From Batkoa obscura (taxonomy: Eukaryota): a DNA stretch of 64,000 bases. Location: contig JASVEC010000010.1 of assembly GCA_030770535.1 (NCBI GenBank), forward strand, positions 868,001 through 932,000, given 5' to 3'. This document shows, piece after piece, positions 1 to 14,513 of this stretch; within the stretch, counting starts at the first letter, position 1, and every line of letters starts with the position of its first letter. The translations under genes and the position numbers were made by a program. The notes below the pieces were generated by a model that was not told the origin of the DNA, searched no databases, and saw nothing but the letters and a program-made list of their open reading frames with translations.

Positions 1-455
1 TATAAGAAAAAAAACCAAATCAAATTAAAAGATAAGAAAAAGAATTCTGAATTTGTAAGAATTAATAAAAACTTTATTTTATAACTAAATTAATTAAATC
101 ACTTTAGGTATTTGATAAATTATTACAATTTCAAAGTAAGTTAAATGATATCCAACCAATAAAGGAAGATAAAGTTAAAGGAGAAGAAGAGGAACAATTG
201 TGTAGATTACATTCATTAGTTAATTGTGAATCATGTGAGGCCTTTGATAAAACATTTGAAAAAGGAATGCAAAAAGAAAAGACGATGAATGAATCTGGAT
301 GGTTAGCTCATAAGTTAAGTTTTCCAATAGAGAAGAAAGTAGGCGGGGATAAATTTGACGATTATGAAGTCATTGATCCAAAGTTATTAGCTGCTGGGCC
401 TATTGATAAGGAATTGGAACGCAAAAAAAACTATGATAAAAAAGCAAAATATTAA
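1..455 (+). CDS. CWC27: 3' end of spliceosome-associated cyclophilin CWC27 (partial; exons 1-54 and 108-455)
   Basis: GTAAGA..TAG intron at 55-107 keeps the frame. C-terminal motifs CRLHSLVNCESC, GWLAHKLSF and YEVIDP match the recalled fungal/animal CWC27 C-terminus. Confidence 0.7.
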
Positions 456-681
456 ATTAATACAAAATTGGTATATAATTACTTTTAATTATTTATTTAA
501 ATTATGACAAAACACTATCTTTTTAAATGATGTTTTTTACTAAGACTAATAACGAGAGAATGTAATGTAATATAATACCAGGTTATGTTTTTTTATATTA
601 AAAAAACATGTCAGTTTTAATCTTGATTATGTTGTTAATATATTTAATTATTATAATCTTAGTTTATAGGTAAATTATATG

Positions 682-785
682 TATGGGGATGTTTTTTTTA
701 GTTTAATTACTTTTTCCATCTTTTAAGCACTATTTGAGTGAAAAGATTATCAGTAAAATTCTTAAACAAAAAATACATCCCCATA
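682..785. mobile_element. MITE family A copy (~105 bp, TIR TATGGGGATGT..ACATCCCCATA)
   Basis: Terminal inverted repeats; internal sequence shared with about 14 other copies in the window. Confidence 0.85.
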
Positions 786-1744
786 TCAAGTAATAAAAAA
801 ATTTATTGTAACTTAAATTTGATCTTAATAGCGCTTCACTGCGTTTTTTTCATATTTAACATTGTTATAACTTAATTACACATTACACATTATACTAGTT
901 TAATGTGTTTAGTTTTTTTATAAACTGTAAAAGTAAAACAAAATAAAGTAAAATAAAATAAAATAAAACTTTAATATGACTTACTATGAGCATGAAACCT
1001 AAAGGGCTGTATTACCTGAAGCATTTTTTTAAATTTTATTTAAAATTTATCAAAATATTAAAAATTAAGGTAAATATTTTTGTAAAGTAAAAATAAATTG
1101 AATATTAAAAATTGAATAAACTAAAACAAAACCAAATGGTATATAAAATTAATATTAAGTTTTATACTGTAATTAAAATGACAATAAAATATTAATTTCT
1201 ACAATTTTTGTATTTTTATATTTTAAATTGACCACACGTTTGCCGTAAGCTTTTAAAACTATTTTACGACTTTTGATTTAGATAACAGATTATCTTATTT
1301 TTAGAACATCTTACAATTTTAATATTAAAAACCGGTATTTTTAAGTTAAATAGGTACTTGGTTTAATCTTCAAATAAATCAGAAAGTATTTATATTACTA
1401 TTATAACTATATTGTTAATTTCATAACATAATATAATATAACTAATTTAATATTAATTTAAAATATTATTTAAACTCAATTTATTTAAAATGTAAAAGAA
1501 TAAAAAATAACATCATCAAAAAGAATAATTTATACTTAACAAATAGAAATCTTTGATTAGATTGAAATTTTAATTTGTTTTAGATCGTTTGATAGAATCA
1601 ATCTCTCGATCTGGGTGGATTTAACTTAAAAAGTAATACAATCACAACTTGAATTTAATTTAGACGTAATCAAAAACATTACATTTAAAACTATTTACTT
1701 TTTAATCTTTTTATAACTTTTATCAGTTTGATATTATTTAAATC

Positions 1745-3082
1745 ATGTCCTATCTATTACGTAGCTTAAACAAAAGTTTGTATACTACTAGTAAGCTTTT
1801 ATTGTACTACTTTAACTTGATAAACATAAACTAACATCTCTTTTTACCTACTTCAGTCCCTCAAAGATATTTTTCTAGAGCTTTAGCTACTACTTTAAAC
1901 ACCAATGGCCCTTCTTCAAAAGGGTAAGTCAACCTCATTTATAACTTAACTCAAATATTGACATCTCCTTTTAGTCCTACTGGAGTGTTATTATTAAACT
2001 TAGGTGGCCCCTCCAATTTAGAAGAAGTGAATCCATTCCTTACCCGATTATTTTCAGATCCCGAATTGATTCCAATTCCCTTTCAAAAATATGCAGCACC
2101 ATTAATAGCTAAAAGACGTACTCCACAGATCAAAGAACAATATGCTAAAATTGGCGGAGGTTCTCCCATTTTAAGTTGGACTGAAAAGCAAGGTAATGAA
2201 ATGGTCAAGTTATTAGATCAATTATCACCAGAAACAGCTCCACATAAACCATATATTGCTTTCCGTTATGCACCCCCTTTGACAGAAGATACGTTGAAGC
2301 AGATTCAAAACGATGGTGTTAAAAGAGTCATCGCTTTCACACAGTACCCTCAATATTCTTGTTCTACCACAGGTTCTTCAATTACTGAATTATATCGAAG
2401 AATTCAAGAATTTAATTTACAGGATAAAATTGAATGGAGTGTTATTGATCGTTGGCCCACTCATTCTGGTTTAATTGAAGCATTTGCAGATAGAATTCAA
2501 AAAAAATTATTAGAATATTCGGAAGAAGATAGAAAGGAAGCCGTAATTTTGTTTTCAGCTCATTCTTTACCAATGAAAGTAGTTAATCGTGGTGATACTT
2601 ATCCTGCAGAAGTTGGAGCTACGGTGAATAGAGTTATGAAAAAATTAAATTTTTCTCATCCTTATCGTCTAGTTTGGCAAAGTCAAGTAGGTCCTTCTAC
2701 TTGGCTAGGTCCTCAAACGAATGATGTTATTCAAGAAATGGGCAAAAAGGGGCATAAAAATTTGTTATTAGTACCTATTGCATTTACTTCAGATCATATT
2801 GAAACATTATTTGAATTAGATTTAGAATATGGTGAAGAGGCAATTCATAATGGGGTTACTGGTTTTAAAAGAGCTGAATCTTTAAATGATAGTCCCATTT
2901 TCATTAAAGCATTAGCTAATATTGTTAATGACCATATCAAAAATGGATTTCCATTTAGTAATCAATTGGCTTTACGTTGTCCTGGTTGTACTAATGAACA
3001 ATGTCATTTATCAAAACAATTTTTTAAAAAAATTGCTCATCCTATTACTCCATCGAATCCTACTAAAGTTATTGAATTATAA
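1745..3082 (+). CDS. HEM15: Mitochondrial ferrochelatase (exons ~1745-1790, 1857-1923, 1975-3082)
   Basis: Motifs LLNLGGP, IGGGSPI, YPQYSCSTTGSS, FSAHSLP, WQSQVGP, FTSDHIETLFELD. Two short GT-AG introns in a presequence-like N-terminus. C-terminal CPGC-x4-C. Confidence 0.95.
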
Positions 3083-3156
3083 TATATATAAATATTCATC
3101 AAATTATGATTAAAGATTATTTAAATAAACAAATAAGCATAATAAAATATAATATA

Positions 3157-3260
3157 TATGGAGGTGTTTTTTTTGGTTTCCTCACTTTTCCGTTTTTAAA
3201 GCACTATTTAAGTGAAAAAGTTGCTAGTAAAATTCTTAAACAAAAAAATACATCCCCATA
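3157..3260. mobile_element. MITE family A copy
   Basis: TATGGAGGTGT...ACATCCCCATA with the shared internal sequence. Confidence 0.85.
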
Positions 3261-3408
3261 TATTAAATTAAATAAACATGTTTTAATTTGGTTTAATTAA
3301 TAGGTAAATATATAACAATAACAATAAATAATAATAATAAAATCAAACGTTCACTTTTTTATAGTAATTAATATGTAAAAAATAAAATTAAAAAATTGAA
3401 GAACTAAA

Positions 3409-6400
3409 TTAATAAGCCTCTTCATATAACTGTATTAAATTGAGTTGGGCAGGAGATAGTTTTGGAAAAAAAGATAAGATATCCATTTCAGGATCTAATT
3501 GCTCTTTAACTGCTAAAACTAAAGAAAGAGCATGATGTCTTACTTCAGTACTTAAATGCATGAATCCTGAGATAACTAAAGAATTTAAATCGGGTTGAAT
3601 TAATTCCAAGTCATTAGTAGTAGCCCTTATAACTGCTTTTGTTAATACCATAAAACCAGAAGTAATAGGTATAGCTAAATTATCAAACTCAGGTAATCTA
3701 CCTTTAGTAATTAATAAACCCGCCTGTAGCCATTTAATTGAAATTAAAAGACAACGATTTAAATCTAAATGTTTAGAGAAGGCCATTAAGGCATCTTCTG
3801 AAGCACTGTCGATTTCACGAGGTGAATTTTTACGACAATCAATTAAAATAGAAAATATTTCAGAAGCATAAGCGTTGGCTAGAGGAGCTTGATACGTTAT
3901 TAAATTCTCTAATAATCTTACATAAGGCAATTTAAATTCCCAGGGCATGGAAGGGAATTGTAATGATCTTACTGTTATTTTAACTAATTTATCAAAGTTA
4001 TTTTCCGTTTTCCATAATTCGATCCATTGAGGATCTGAAGAGGATGGTGTCTCTTTTGAAAAATGATCTAATCTTAAAAAATCAGATGAAGAAGATTTAC
4101 TATCTGGTCGTAATTTATCAATTAATTTAACTAACAATTCCACTCTTTCATTAAAGCTTTTTTCTATAATAAACAAATAAATAAATAGATAAACAATGGT
4201 ATTATTATAGCTTACCTTTCTTCTCCCCATCATTTTCCTTTGAATATTCCGTTGATACTTCTGAATTATTATCCTGGTTTTTATCTCCATCGTTTAATTT
4301 CCTTTCAATTTCTTGATTTAACCCTAATTCAAATTTAACGTGCTTATCCTTAATTTCTTTAACTTCATTATTAATACTGCTATTACTATTTTCCTAATAA
4401 AAAACAACAACATATATAAGTAAACATATTTTTATAATAATATATATAATTTACTTCTTCTATCATATTCAATTGTTTTTTATCTCCTTCCAATCTTGAT
4501 TTATTTTTATTCCTATTTAATGGAAATTCTAAATTAGCGATACCACTAATATTTTCATACTCTGATGGCATTTCCATGGATGTACGACATCTTATTGGTG
4601 GGATAGATCTCATATTAATACTACTATTATTTCCACTTCGATTATTTCCGTTACTATTATCATTGCTGTTATTGTTACTATTATTTACAATCCCATTTTT
4701 AAATTTATCCAAATCCAATTTAGTATGATTATTTAACAAAAAGGTAGTTGGTCGCCCATTTCTTTTATTTTCATTTACTGTTAATTTTAATTTGTCTATA
4801 TTATTATTCATTAAATTTTGACTTAACGTAGCTCCCAAAGCAACAGATTTAGGCCTTGCTTTTATGGATGTATCGTTATTAGTATTAGTTATCCTACCTA
4901 CTAAATTACTAGTGTTGTTCTTTAATTTATTTGTTTCTGCCTTTACTGTATTCGAAGCGATTCCATTTGATTTCGTTAATCCCATTATTGGACCATTTCT
5001 AGATATTGATGAGTTATTACTTTTAATACTTGAACTTGAAGGTGGCCGACTAACTGTTTTTATGTTTCTAATGTTTTCATTAATACCATACATAGTTCTT
5101 CTGTTATTAGATAAAATGGGGGATTTGGTATTATTAATTTCCTTTTTAATTGTATTGTTTTCATTTTTCACTGTTAAATTTGCATTTGTTTTTGAAGACA
5201 TTAATGTAGTCAAGGGCCTTGGTTTACGTAATATAGTATCTTTATTAGCTGTTGTCATTGTATTAGTTAAATTATTTCTAGGGGTAAGTGAGATATTACT
5301 ACTCGATGTAAATGTATTTAAATTGGGCTTTCTAATTAAATTGAATTTGGTTTCATTTAATTGACTATTGTTAGTATTTCCTCTTGTGGTATTAAATCGG
5401 CTCATAGAAGTAGAAGGCCTTGAATTAATTTTTGAGTTAATTGATTGAGATGATGATTCAGGTTTAAATATCATTGATTTTCTATTAGATATAGACTTTA
5501 AATTCCTATTGATATTATTGGATGAACTAGTATTAGTGCTAATACTAGATGTCCTTGATAAATCTAAACTATTACTATTTGAATCTTCTTTTAATAATTG
5601 TTTCCTAATACTAATATCATAGGAATTTAACATATCTTTAGCTTCCAAGGTCCAAATACTACTAAATGTTTTGAATATTTGTCTAGATAAATCACGTACT
5701 TTAGTATTTGCATCACTTAATCCTTTTTTAATTGCTTTAATTACTAATTCTTTCCCTATTAACAAACCCTTCTTTTCAAATAGCTTTGTTTTGGTATGTC
5801 CATGTCTCTTTAGAAATATTAATAGGTAGTTAGCTGAATATCCTCTTAATTGTACACTTTTATCATCCATTGCAGTACAAATTAGACTCAATATTTTTAA
5901 AGAATAGTTAGTATTGGCTAAAAATCGATTACTTGTTGAATAAGCTGCTTCTGCAATTAATTTCTTGCTTGAAGAGGAACTTTTTAGTAAAGTTTGAAAT
6001 AAAGTATAGGCAAATGGATCTAGACTATTTTCAGGTAAAAAATGACACAAATCGAAGATTAAATTAAAACAAGAGATTTGTAATGTAGTTCTAACACTTA
6101 ACATAGTTATCGGTAATATTTCCATAAATTCTTTTAAAAATAACATAATACTATTAAATTCTAATTCAATTGAATTACCCCTTATTAATTTTCTTAATTT
6201 TAATAGATTTTTATCTCTTAATTCCCAATTGACTTCTGTTTCTTTACCTTCAAATGATTTTAATATGGAATCTAATTGATTATTTAAATCTTGTTGATCA
6301 TAAATATTAATACTCTGCAAATTTTCAATTGAATCCAAAATAATTAAATTGATTGATTGAGAAGAGGAAGAGCCTAAATTATTAGTAGATACTTTACTAG

Positions 6401-6487
6401 TTGTAGATAATGTTGGTGATGTAAATGTTTCAGTTGTATTACGTGATAATTCATGTCCATCAAATAATCCTTTTAATCCTTCAGGTA

Positions 6488-6553
<66 letters not shown>

Positions 6554-7554
6554 TTTCATTATTTTCATTTATACTATTTTGTTTACTTGAATCAATTAAT
6601 TTATTATTAATCTGATCCAAAAATCCTTTTTTTAAGGTACTTTTATTGACATTTCGATTTAATGAATTACGTGATTCTTTAGAATGAATTCTATTTAAAT
6701 ATTAATTCTATTATTAATTAATTTATTATTATTATAAATTAAATCTTACGTAAATTGTTCTAATAATATTAATTTTGCTTTCTCTCTGACTGGTTCATTT
6801 GAATCCTCTACTAAATTAATAACTACCGAAGTTAATTTATATAATGGAAATTCGTTAGACTGTAAAGAACATTTTTGACCCCAAATTAATACCTGATTTA
6901 AATACTCATCATTAATTTCTATCAAATATAAAATAATTTAAAGAATATATGAATTTACCTGTTCTCTAACCCTCCAATTTTTATGATAAAATCCACTATT
7001 AATAATAATCTTCAAAAACTCTTCTTTTGCTTTAATTAATCCAGTACCATAATTAACATTAACTTTATCCACATTATCATTTAATTCAAACCACATATTA
7101 GTTAAACATTTTACTCCACTTTCTCTTATTCTCTCTTTACTATCTGCTAATCGATCTAATATATTTAATAAAAATATTGATAAATAAGATTTCAACGGTT
7201 TTTGATGTTGAATTAAAAAATTTAGTAAGATCGAAACTAGTTCTATTGACTTAATACTGAGATTAATAATAGAGGCTTTAATACATATTGGTAATTGTTT
7301 AATAACGGTGTCAATAGCTATTGTCTATTAAAGAAAGTTAATTAAAATGCTGTTTGTGAAATACTAATTAAAATTACTTGATATTCTATCTCTTCTTTTA
7401 GTAGTTCAGTTAACTTATCGATAGCTTGTAATTTATTATCAGGGTCTAAAATAAAAAATAAAACATATACATTAAGATTCTAATATTACAATAAAGTATA
7501 TTATTAGTTACCATTTTTCACCAATTCTTTAATAATATTATCTAGTTTTGACAT
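3409..7554 (-). CDS. STU1: CLASP/Stu1 microtubule-associated TOG/HEAT protein (multi-exon)
   Basis: HEAT-like exons (LDRLADSKERIRE, HKNWRVREQ), CLASP_N motif GKETEVNWELRD, KKGLSDANTKVR, low-complexity S/N-rich middle and helical C-terminal domain. Probable ATG at 7554. Confidence 0.8.
6489..6551. repeat. (ATT)n microsatellite encoding poly-Asn (~21 N) in the CLASP gene
   Basis: Perfect trinucleotide run. Confidence 0.95.
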
Positions 7555-7949
7555 GCAAATATATATAGAGTTTAAATGAAGCAAGTTATTAAGCCTTTGT
7601 TTTTACAATTCAATTTTGTATTCCAAATTCAAGTTTCCACTTTTAATTAAACCAGTTGATATTTTATTGGTCAATTGATTGTTAATGACTTGAAATTTAT
7701 AAGCCATTTTTTAAAAGTGAATTAAGAACTTGAAAATTTATGGTGCTTATATAATAATAACAAATTAATTGAAAAATCCAAATTGAATTTTAGCAATAGA
7801 AACTATTCTAATATGTCTAAATCTCTGATTTTTTGACTTATTTTAATATTTAAAATCCGTATAAAATATATATGAAAATCACTAATATTTAATATATTAT
7901 TGAATATTATTTATTATATAAAAACTCAATGAAATCAACTTGTAATTAA

Positions 7950-10091
7950 TTAACAAAATAATAAAATGGTAGAAAACAAATACAGCGGCAGTATTAAATT
8001 ATCATTTTGATAACTCCAAGCTTCTAATAAACCTAATAATAATATTAATTAATTAGACTATCTAAAAGACATTTATAATAATTCTTACCATTTAAAACAG
8101 ATATTAAAATAATAGCAAATAACTAAAAAAATATTAATAAATATTAACAAATATCAACAGGAATGAAAGATAAGGTATTTCGACTTACCCTTTCTATTTG
8201 CCAACAAATCTGTGGCTCAATTAACAAAAAAGAAGCTAACAATGCTAGTATAAATCCCACTGTCCCTTTGATTGTTTTATTTGATCCCACCCATTTAGTT
8301 TTTCCAAATTTTTTACCAATAATTGAAGCCTAAAAAGTAAAATAAAAATATTCATTAATACTCTTTCTTCATTTTTCCTTATTAAAATAAAAATTTACCG
8401 CTGCGTCAGCTAAACCTAGTACTAATATTCCTGATAAACTACAAGCAATGCTATCTTCTTTTAACCAAATTGGTAATGCACAACCCAATAATAAATAAAC
8501 ATGAGCAAAAATTAAATTGCCCGTATCCTTATCATCCGTAAAATGAATTAAGTAATTATTTAATACTTTATCAAAGGGTAAGATTTTAAAATATCTTATA
8601 TATTCTAATAATAGAAACAAACTTAAGGCAATGGAGAATGCTACATATAATAATTTTTTCTATTTAGAAATAAAAATTAATACGTGTAGTTATACAATAT
8701 ATGTGATTGACTTACATCAATAAAATAACCCGGTATAAATAATAAAGTTGCTAATCCATGAAAATATTTTCGTCGATTATTTAATGAGTTAGATTCTAAT
8801 ACAATTTGACTATAAATAACTCCAATTAAAATAGCAATTATCCAATAAATTATTAATAATTGGGCTGATGGATTTTTTAATATATAATTAAAGATCCTAA
8901 CAAATAATAAATAAATAATAAATAAATAATATAAATATTACCATAAAAAAGGATTTAATTTTAATCCCATATTTAAAAATGGAAATATAATAAAACCAAT
9001 ACCTCCACTTAATATCATATAAAATAATAAACTATTGATTATTTTATTCTTATTTTTCATTAACATATAATTCATTGTAAATATTACTCCAATAATTAAC
9101 ATACCAATAACAACTCCGTTTAATATAATAATCTCTTCACTTAAATTTAATAATATTATATTATTACTTTTAATCAACTATTGAAAATAAAATACAATTT
9201 AATTTCTAATTAATTTTGTATAATAAATAACTTAAAACTTACTATCATGTACCCTTGAATAGTTAAAAAAGATAAAGCTTGAGCTAATATACTTAACTCA
9301 GCTAATGTAAATGAAGTTGGTATTAAATTTAATATTAAATATTGAACCATATGAAACAAGGTAATGGAACTTAATATTAGATAACTTTCTATAAAAAAAT
9401 TTAAAATTATTTAAAAACCTTTTAAATTTGAATATAATTTCATACTTACTTTTAATAAATATTTGTTGTAGCATATCATTAAACCAAAACTTACTAATTA
9501 TTAATAAGATTATACTTAATGAATATGGAAGTTTCATTTGTTTTAAAATAACATGAGTCAATATAGTAAATCCGTTAATAATTGTCAATAATAATAAATC
9601 CGTCCATATTGCTGATGCTAGAATTAATTAAAAGTTTTACATTTAAAAAACGGATAAAGTTTTTAATTTCAATACTTACTTGAGTTGACTATTAATTTGG
9701 AACTAGCTATTAAAGTTGGTAATAAAGTAGCTAATAATAAACCGCTATCTACCTGAAATCTGAGTAATTGAAAAATAATGAGTACTTCTGAATTTAATTG
9801 AAACAGAGTTTGATACTTTACCTATATTGTTTTTTTTCACTAAAAAGTAATTGAACAAATGGTTGATTTCTTACGGTTAATAAAAATGTCAATCCAGAAA
9901 GTATTATTAAGCTAAGATAAGCTAATAAAATTATCGTTATTATTACTATTCATTTGTTATAATACTGATTTCCAAGACTTACCATCATTAATAAAATTGT
10001 TTATTGAACTATTTAATTTCCATAATTTTAAATAAGAATAACCACAAGTTAATAAGATTAATCCAGCTTCTAAAGGAATTGTTGAATTCAT
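7950..10091 (-). CDS. SEC59: Dolichol kinase (multi-exon membrane protein)
   Basis: Spliced motifs RRKYFH, FTDDKDTGNLIFAHVYLLLGCALPIW, GILVLGLADAA/SIIGKKFGKTKW..KTIKGT, LEAW..QNDNLILP. Confidence 0.85.
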
Positions 10092-10515
10092 TATCAATTA
10101 TCAATTATTATTATTATCTGAGAGATAATAATGTTTTTTGATTATTAAAATTAAAAAATTATTCTTATTTATATTATTATTTTATAAACTAAACTTGCTC
10201 GGTTTCAATTTCCTTTGAAAATTTAAAATTAGAATTTGCTATCTAAATTTAATTATCAATTTTAAGCCTTGAATTGAAAGATAAGCCCAGTAACTCTCCA
10301 CATTAACCGAAAATCAACTCATTTTAAAATTTCTAAAAATATATATTAAATCAAAGTTAAATAACTGTATTTAAAACTAATAAGTAAATATAATAAAACA
10401 TATCATAATTATTCTTATATCAGCCTTTAAATAACTACCCAAAAAAACGAAACTAGTATTTTTCTATTTCTCTTTTTTTATTAAAAAAATCAAACTTCTT
10501 CTTTTCTTCTACTTC

Positions 10516-11859
10516 TTATGCCAAAATTTCATACCTTTTACCACGAATCCCCATAATAGAATGATTAGCATTTAAAGTCATTCGAATATCTTGTAAATTA
10601 AGGTCTGCTTTTAAGGATCTAAAAGGATTTAACTTAGGTTCTAACAACCAATCAATTTCATCCTTATATTCTTCTTTTAATACATTAACATCATTATTAA
10701 TATCATTAGAATCATAGCCTGTAATAAATATTGGACATTTAGTTTCCAATAATAATTCTAAACTTGGCTTCCAACCTTCTTTAGTTAAAGGATACCCAAT
10801 ACCTGGATGAAATAAAAAGAATACATCTCTATACGGATCAAAAGGAATGGCTTCTTTATAATACTCATGAAATTTGCCTGTGAAATAATTAAATGATAAA
10901 TGCGGATTAATGGGCACTTTATTAGGTACACCTGGAGGTGGTGCTGTTTCAGGTCCAATGAAATGTAAACTAAAGCTTAAATTGGGAAATAAATAGCATA
11001 ATTGTAAATAAGCATAAGGTGGTAATTGACCTTCTGCTCTAGCTCCCAATATAAAAATACGCATTTGTTCCTTTTCTGCTTTCATATTATTGATATGTTG
11101 TTCCATAGTATAATGAATAGCTGCCATAGACCTTTGTCCTTCATAGCTTAGACCTTGTTTTCCTGGACGATGAGGACCAAATGGATGAATACAAGAGGCA
11201 ATAGTTAATGGATAAGTTAATATTTTACTTACATGTCTAGCTTGTCTTGCCTCATCTACCGCTTTAAAATTTCTAGTAACAAAAAAAGTATCCCAAGAAG
11301 TTAAATTAATGGTTGCTTCTGGTCCTAATACTGTTGGAAATTTAAATTCTGGAAAGTTTCTACCCGATCTTAAATCATGTTCATCTTCATTGATCTCTTT
11401 TAATATTGAACAGTACTTTGAGTGTGATGATTTTCCAGAATTATAATGCTCTTCACTGCAATGGGTTGGCATACCACAATCAGGACAAGTGTGACTTGGT
11501 CTTTTACTTTTTGAAATGCTTTCTTCTGTTACTAAAGTAGGTGTTGGACCCTCTTCATGTACGCAAGTTGGACATAATCCATGATCTTTAATTAAATTAC
11601 CACGTACTTTAATTTCTGGAATGGGGGAATTTAAAAATGGATGAAATAAATTGTCTTTAGTTAAAATGGGTACTTTTACTTCTTCCTCTTTTGGTTTGCT
11701 TTTTTTACTGAATAAATTCCAAAATAAATTCGGTTTGTTGGTGGAAAATGACTTTTGTTTTTGAGTTTTTAATAGTTTAATGGAATGTGATTGAAATACT
11801 CGTAAACCCATACTTCCTCGATAGACTTGAGTACACGTTTTAAAATGAGTTGGTAACAT
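10516..11859 (-). CDS. MSS51: Mitochondrial COX1 translation/assembly factor MSS51
   Basis: CPTC..CPDCGMPTHCSEEH zinc motif, NEDEHDLRSGR, IFILGARAE, DPYRDVFFLFHPG; presequence-like N-terminus; ATG of MLPTHF at 11859. Confidence 0.9.
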   Translation of the reverse strand: MLPTHFKTCTQVYRGSMGLRVFQSHSIKLLKTQKQKSFSTNKPNLFWNLFSKKSKPKEEEVKVPILTKDNLFHPFLNSPIPEIKVRGNLIKDHGLCPTCVHEEGPTPTLVTEESISKSKRPSHTCPDCGMPTHCSEEHYNSGKSSHSKYCSILKEINEDEHDLRSGRNFPEFKFPTVLGPEATINLTSWDTFFVTRNFKAVDEARQARHVSKILTYPLTIASCIHPFGPHRPGKQGLSYEGQRSMAAIHYTMEQHINNMKAEKEQMRIFILGARAEGQLPPYAYLQLCYLFPNLSFSLHFIGPETAPPPGVPNKVPINPHLSFNYFTGKFHEYYKEAIPFDPYRDVFFLFHPGIGYPLTKEGWKPSLELLLETKCPIFITGYDSNDINNDVNVLKEEYKDEIDWLLEPKLNPFRSLKADLNLQDIRMTLNANHSIMGIRGKRYEILA

Positions 11860-12159
11860 TATTTTCAAACTAAAAAACTCATATTATTATTTTAATGAAA
11901 GATAGCACTAATTCTAAATACCTTAATTTTGTAAAAATAAAATACCAAATTAACTATTATTATTTCTATTATTTCGTTAATTATAATAAAAAAAGATTAT
12001 TAATAATAGTTAAAATTATAAAAAAAATAATTTTTTAGAAACTTTGATTTTTGCATTTTATTTTTCTCGATTTTAAAAAACACTTACGATTCAATCAACC
12101 AATAATATACAAGGAAATAATATCAAAATCTAAAACCAATCCATTATAAATAATATAAA

Positions 12160-13739
12160 TTTATCTTTTATTACTAAATAATTGAATCATTTCTTCATAT
12201 ACCATACTAATATTTTGATTATTTTTTTCATGAGTTAATGAATTATTATTATATATAACAGTATAACAATTAAATGTTAATACTTTTTGATTTTCGTCAA
12301 ATACTTCACTATTATCTTTCAACGTTATAGCTATTAAAAAGGAATCCTAATAAGAATATTATAAACAAGAATAGTTGAAATAATTAAATAAACAAACTTA
12401 CTTTTTCTTGTAATAGGAACCAAGTTTTAAAACTGATAATACCATTTGTTGGTGAGATTTTAAAGAAGTTTCTTAATATTCTTGGGTTAAATTGATATTC
12501 ATTATTATTAATTTCATAGTTCATAGTCTCTTTTTCATTAATAAAATCATCAATATTAATTTGATTTTCACTAATAAAGACTTGTTTTTTTAACTAAAAT
12601 ATATTAATTAATTAATTATTACTATTATTAAAAATAAAAACTTACTTGATCAATTAAATAAACTGAAAATCCGTGTTGCTTAATTAAATAAGTACCATCA
12701 TGTGGACTAATAAACTTGGCTGTTAAGATTACTTTAAGCTAATGAATAAAATATTAGGTAATATAAATAAATAATATAAATAAATAATATAAATAAATAA
12801 TATAAATAAATAATATAAATAAATAATATAAATAATATAAATAAGTAATATAAATAATATAGATAAATAATAAACTTACCCTTAAAAAATAAGGAGATAA
12901 AATAGACCATGACTCAGAATAGATCCTATTGGGATGTAATACTAAAGGTGAAAATATAATATCTTTATTTATTATTGTTAAATAATTCTCATTCATAGTT
13001 TCCAAATCATAGCAAGTACTTAGTCTATTTTTATTAATATTCTATCTTAAAAAATTATTATCAATTTACTTCTCTTTTACATTATTATTAATTTTTTGTA
13101 TCTAGTTTAATATTAAATAACAATAATAGCAATAAACTAAAACAAATTACACTAATAGTCGTATTTTCATTATTTACTTTTTCATAAGTCTCAAAAGATA
13201 AACTAAATAGAACATTAGGTATTGGAAGAGCACCAGTATTATTAAATTTTATAGTTAAAATTGGTATATCTTTATTATTATCTGTTTCTATCTTTGATTC
13301 TAAAAGGATTAAAAATAATGTAATTAAATGAAAATAAGATTTACCTATAGATAAACTTGATAATAGAAAAGTTTCTAAAATTTTGGACATGGTAAAAGTA
13401 ATTTCACTTGTTTTCTGTAAATTACTTGTCAAGGCCTAAGTGATTGTTTTTATTATTATATATCTTAATTGCAAAATAACACTTACTTGATATCCTTTTG
13501 CAAAATTATTTTGAGTAGTTATTAATACATTTTTTAAATTATTAAATTCCGTTGTATCGATATCTCTTTTTATAAATTTAATTTCTATTTTTGATTCAAA
13601 TGAAATCGGTTTTACCCATCCACTATCTTTTTAATTTCTTCATCAAGTTCATCTATAATTAATATTTTATTTTATTATTCTATATTTTATATTCTATATC
13701 AATTACTTTTTATATTGCTTAATTCTTCTTTTTGATTCA
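12160..13739 (-). CDS. Multi-exon hypothetical protein (boundaries approximate)
   Basis: Series of CTTAC (GTAAG donor) and CTA (TAG acceptor) sites flanking short open segments; no recognisable domain. Confidence 0.45.
12759..12870. repeat. AT-rich 13-bp minisatellite (TAATATAAATAAA)n, intronic
   Basis: About five near-perfect units followed by degenerate ones. Confidence 0.8.
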
Positions 13740-13896
13740 TTTTGTTAAAAAATAATAACTAAATTCCAACTTCTTTTACTAAAATAGCAGTAATAAACTT
13801 CAACCAATTAGAAATATACTGTAATTCGAATTAAATGCTATGTTCTATAGCACAACACATCACTAATTTTTTGTATTAGCTTTTATTTTATTTAAA

Positions 13897-14513
13897 ATGG
13901 AAGATAATAACAACAATACTAGTATAACTACAATTGAGGATAATATAAATGATAATAAAATAAATAATGAAGATAATAATAGTATAAGTAATACTGAGAA
14001 TAACAATGATAATAATACTCCCAACGAAACTAATGATATATCTGGTAAACTAGAATCATATTCACATTTCATAATACTAACTACTTTTCCAAAAAGAATC
14101 AAAAAACAGAACAAAAAAGAACAAAGGACGAGTAGATCCTTCACGTCGAGCTCATTTAACACCCAATGTAGCGGGTAATTATCGGGGTAAAAAAGCAGCG
14201 GATGAGTTATTAACAGATTCTCAAAAAAAATTACATCATATAGCTTCTGAACAAAAAAGAAGAAGGAATATTAAATTAGGTTATGATAGGTTAACAGATT
14301 TGGTACCTAATTTAGAAATTAAAAAAAAAGTAGCTCAACCTTCAGAAACTTGTGTGTTACAAGAGTGTAAGTGATTCTTCATTTTGATTAGAAGATTATA
14401 TATTAATGATTGTCTATTTAGCTGTCGATTATCTAAGGTATTTAATTGAGAAAAAAGAAGAGTTATTGGGTGAAATTGAAACACTTGATCAAAGATCAAA
14501 TGAAAGTAATTGA
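13897..14513 (+). CDS. bHLH transcription factor (INO4/Mlx-like), 3 exons
   Basis: After splicing the intron at 14045-14096: ELLTDSQKKLHHIASEQKRRRNIKLGYDRLTDLVP...SETCVLQE/VDYLRYL; stop at 14511-14513. Confidence 0.85.

Noticed and set aside
3106..3300. Small ORFs with similar peptides (3106-3300, 34394-34756, 36272-36454, 50293-50502) suggesting a peptide family
   Set aside because: The similarity comes from reading through MITE family A copies
4864..6610. Hydrophobic and poly-Tyr ORFs on the + strand
   Set aside because: Antisense shadows of Asn/Ser-rich CLASP codons and the ATT microsatellite
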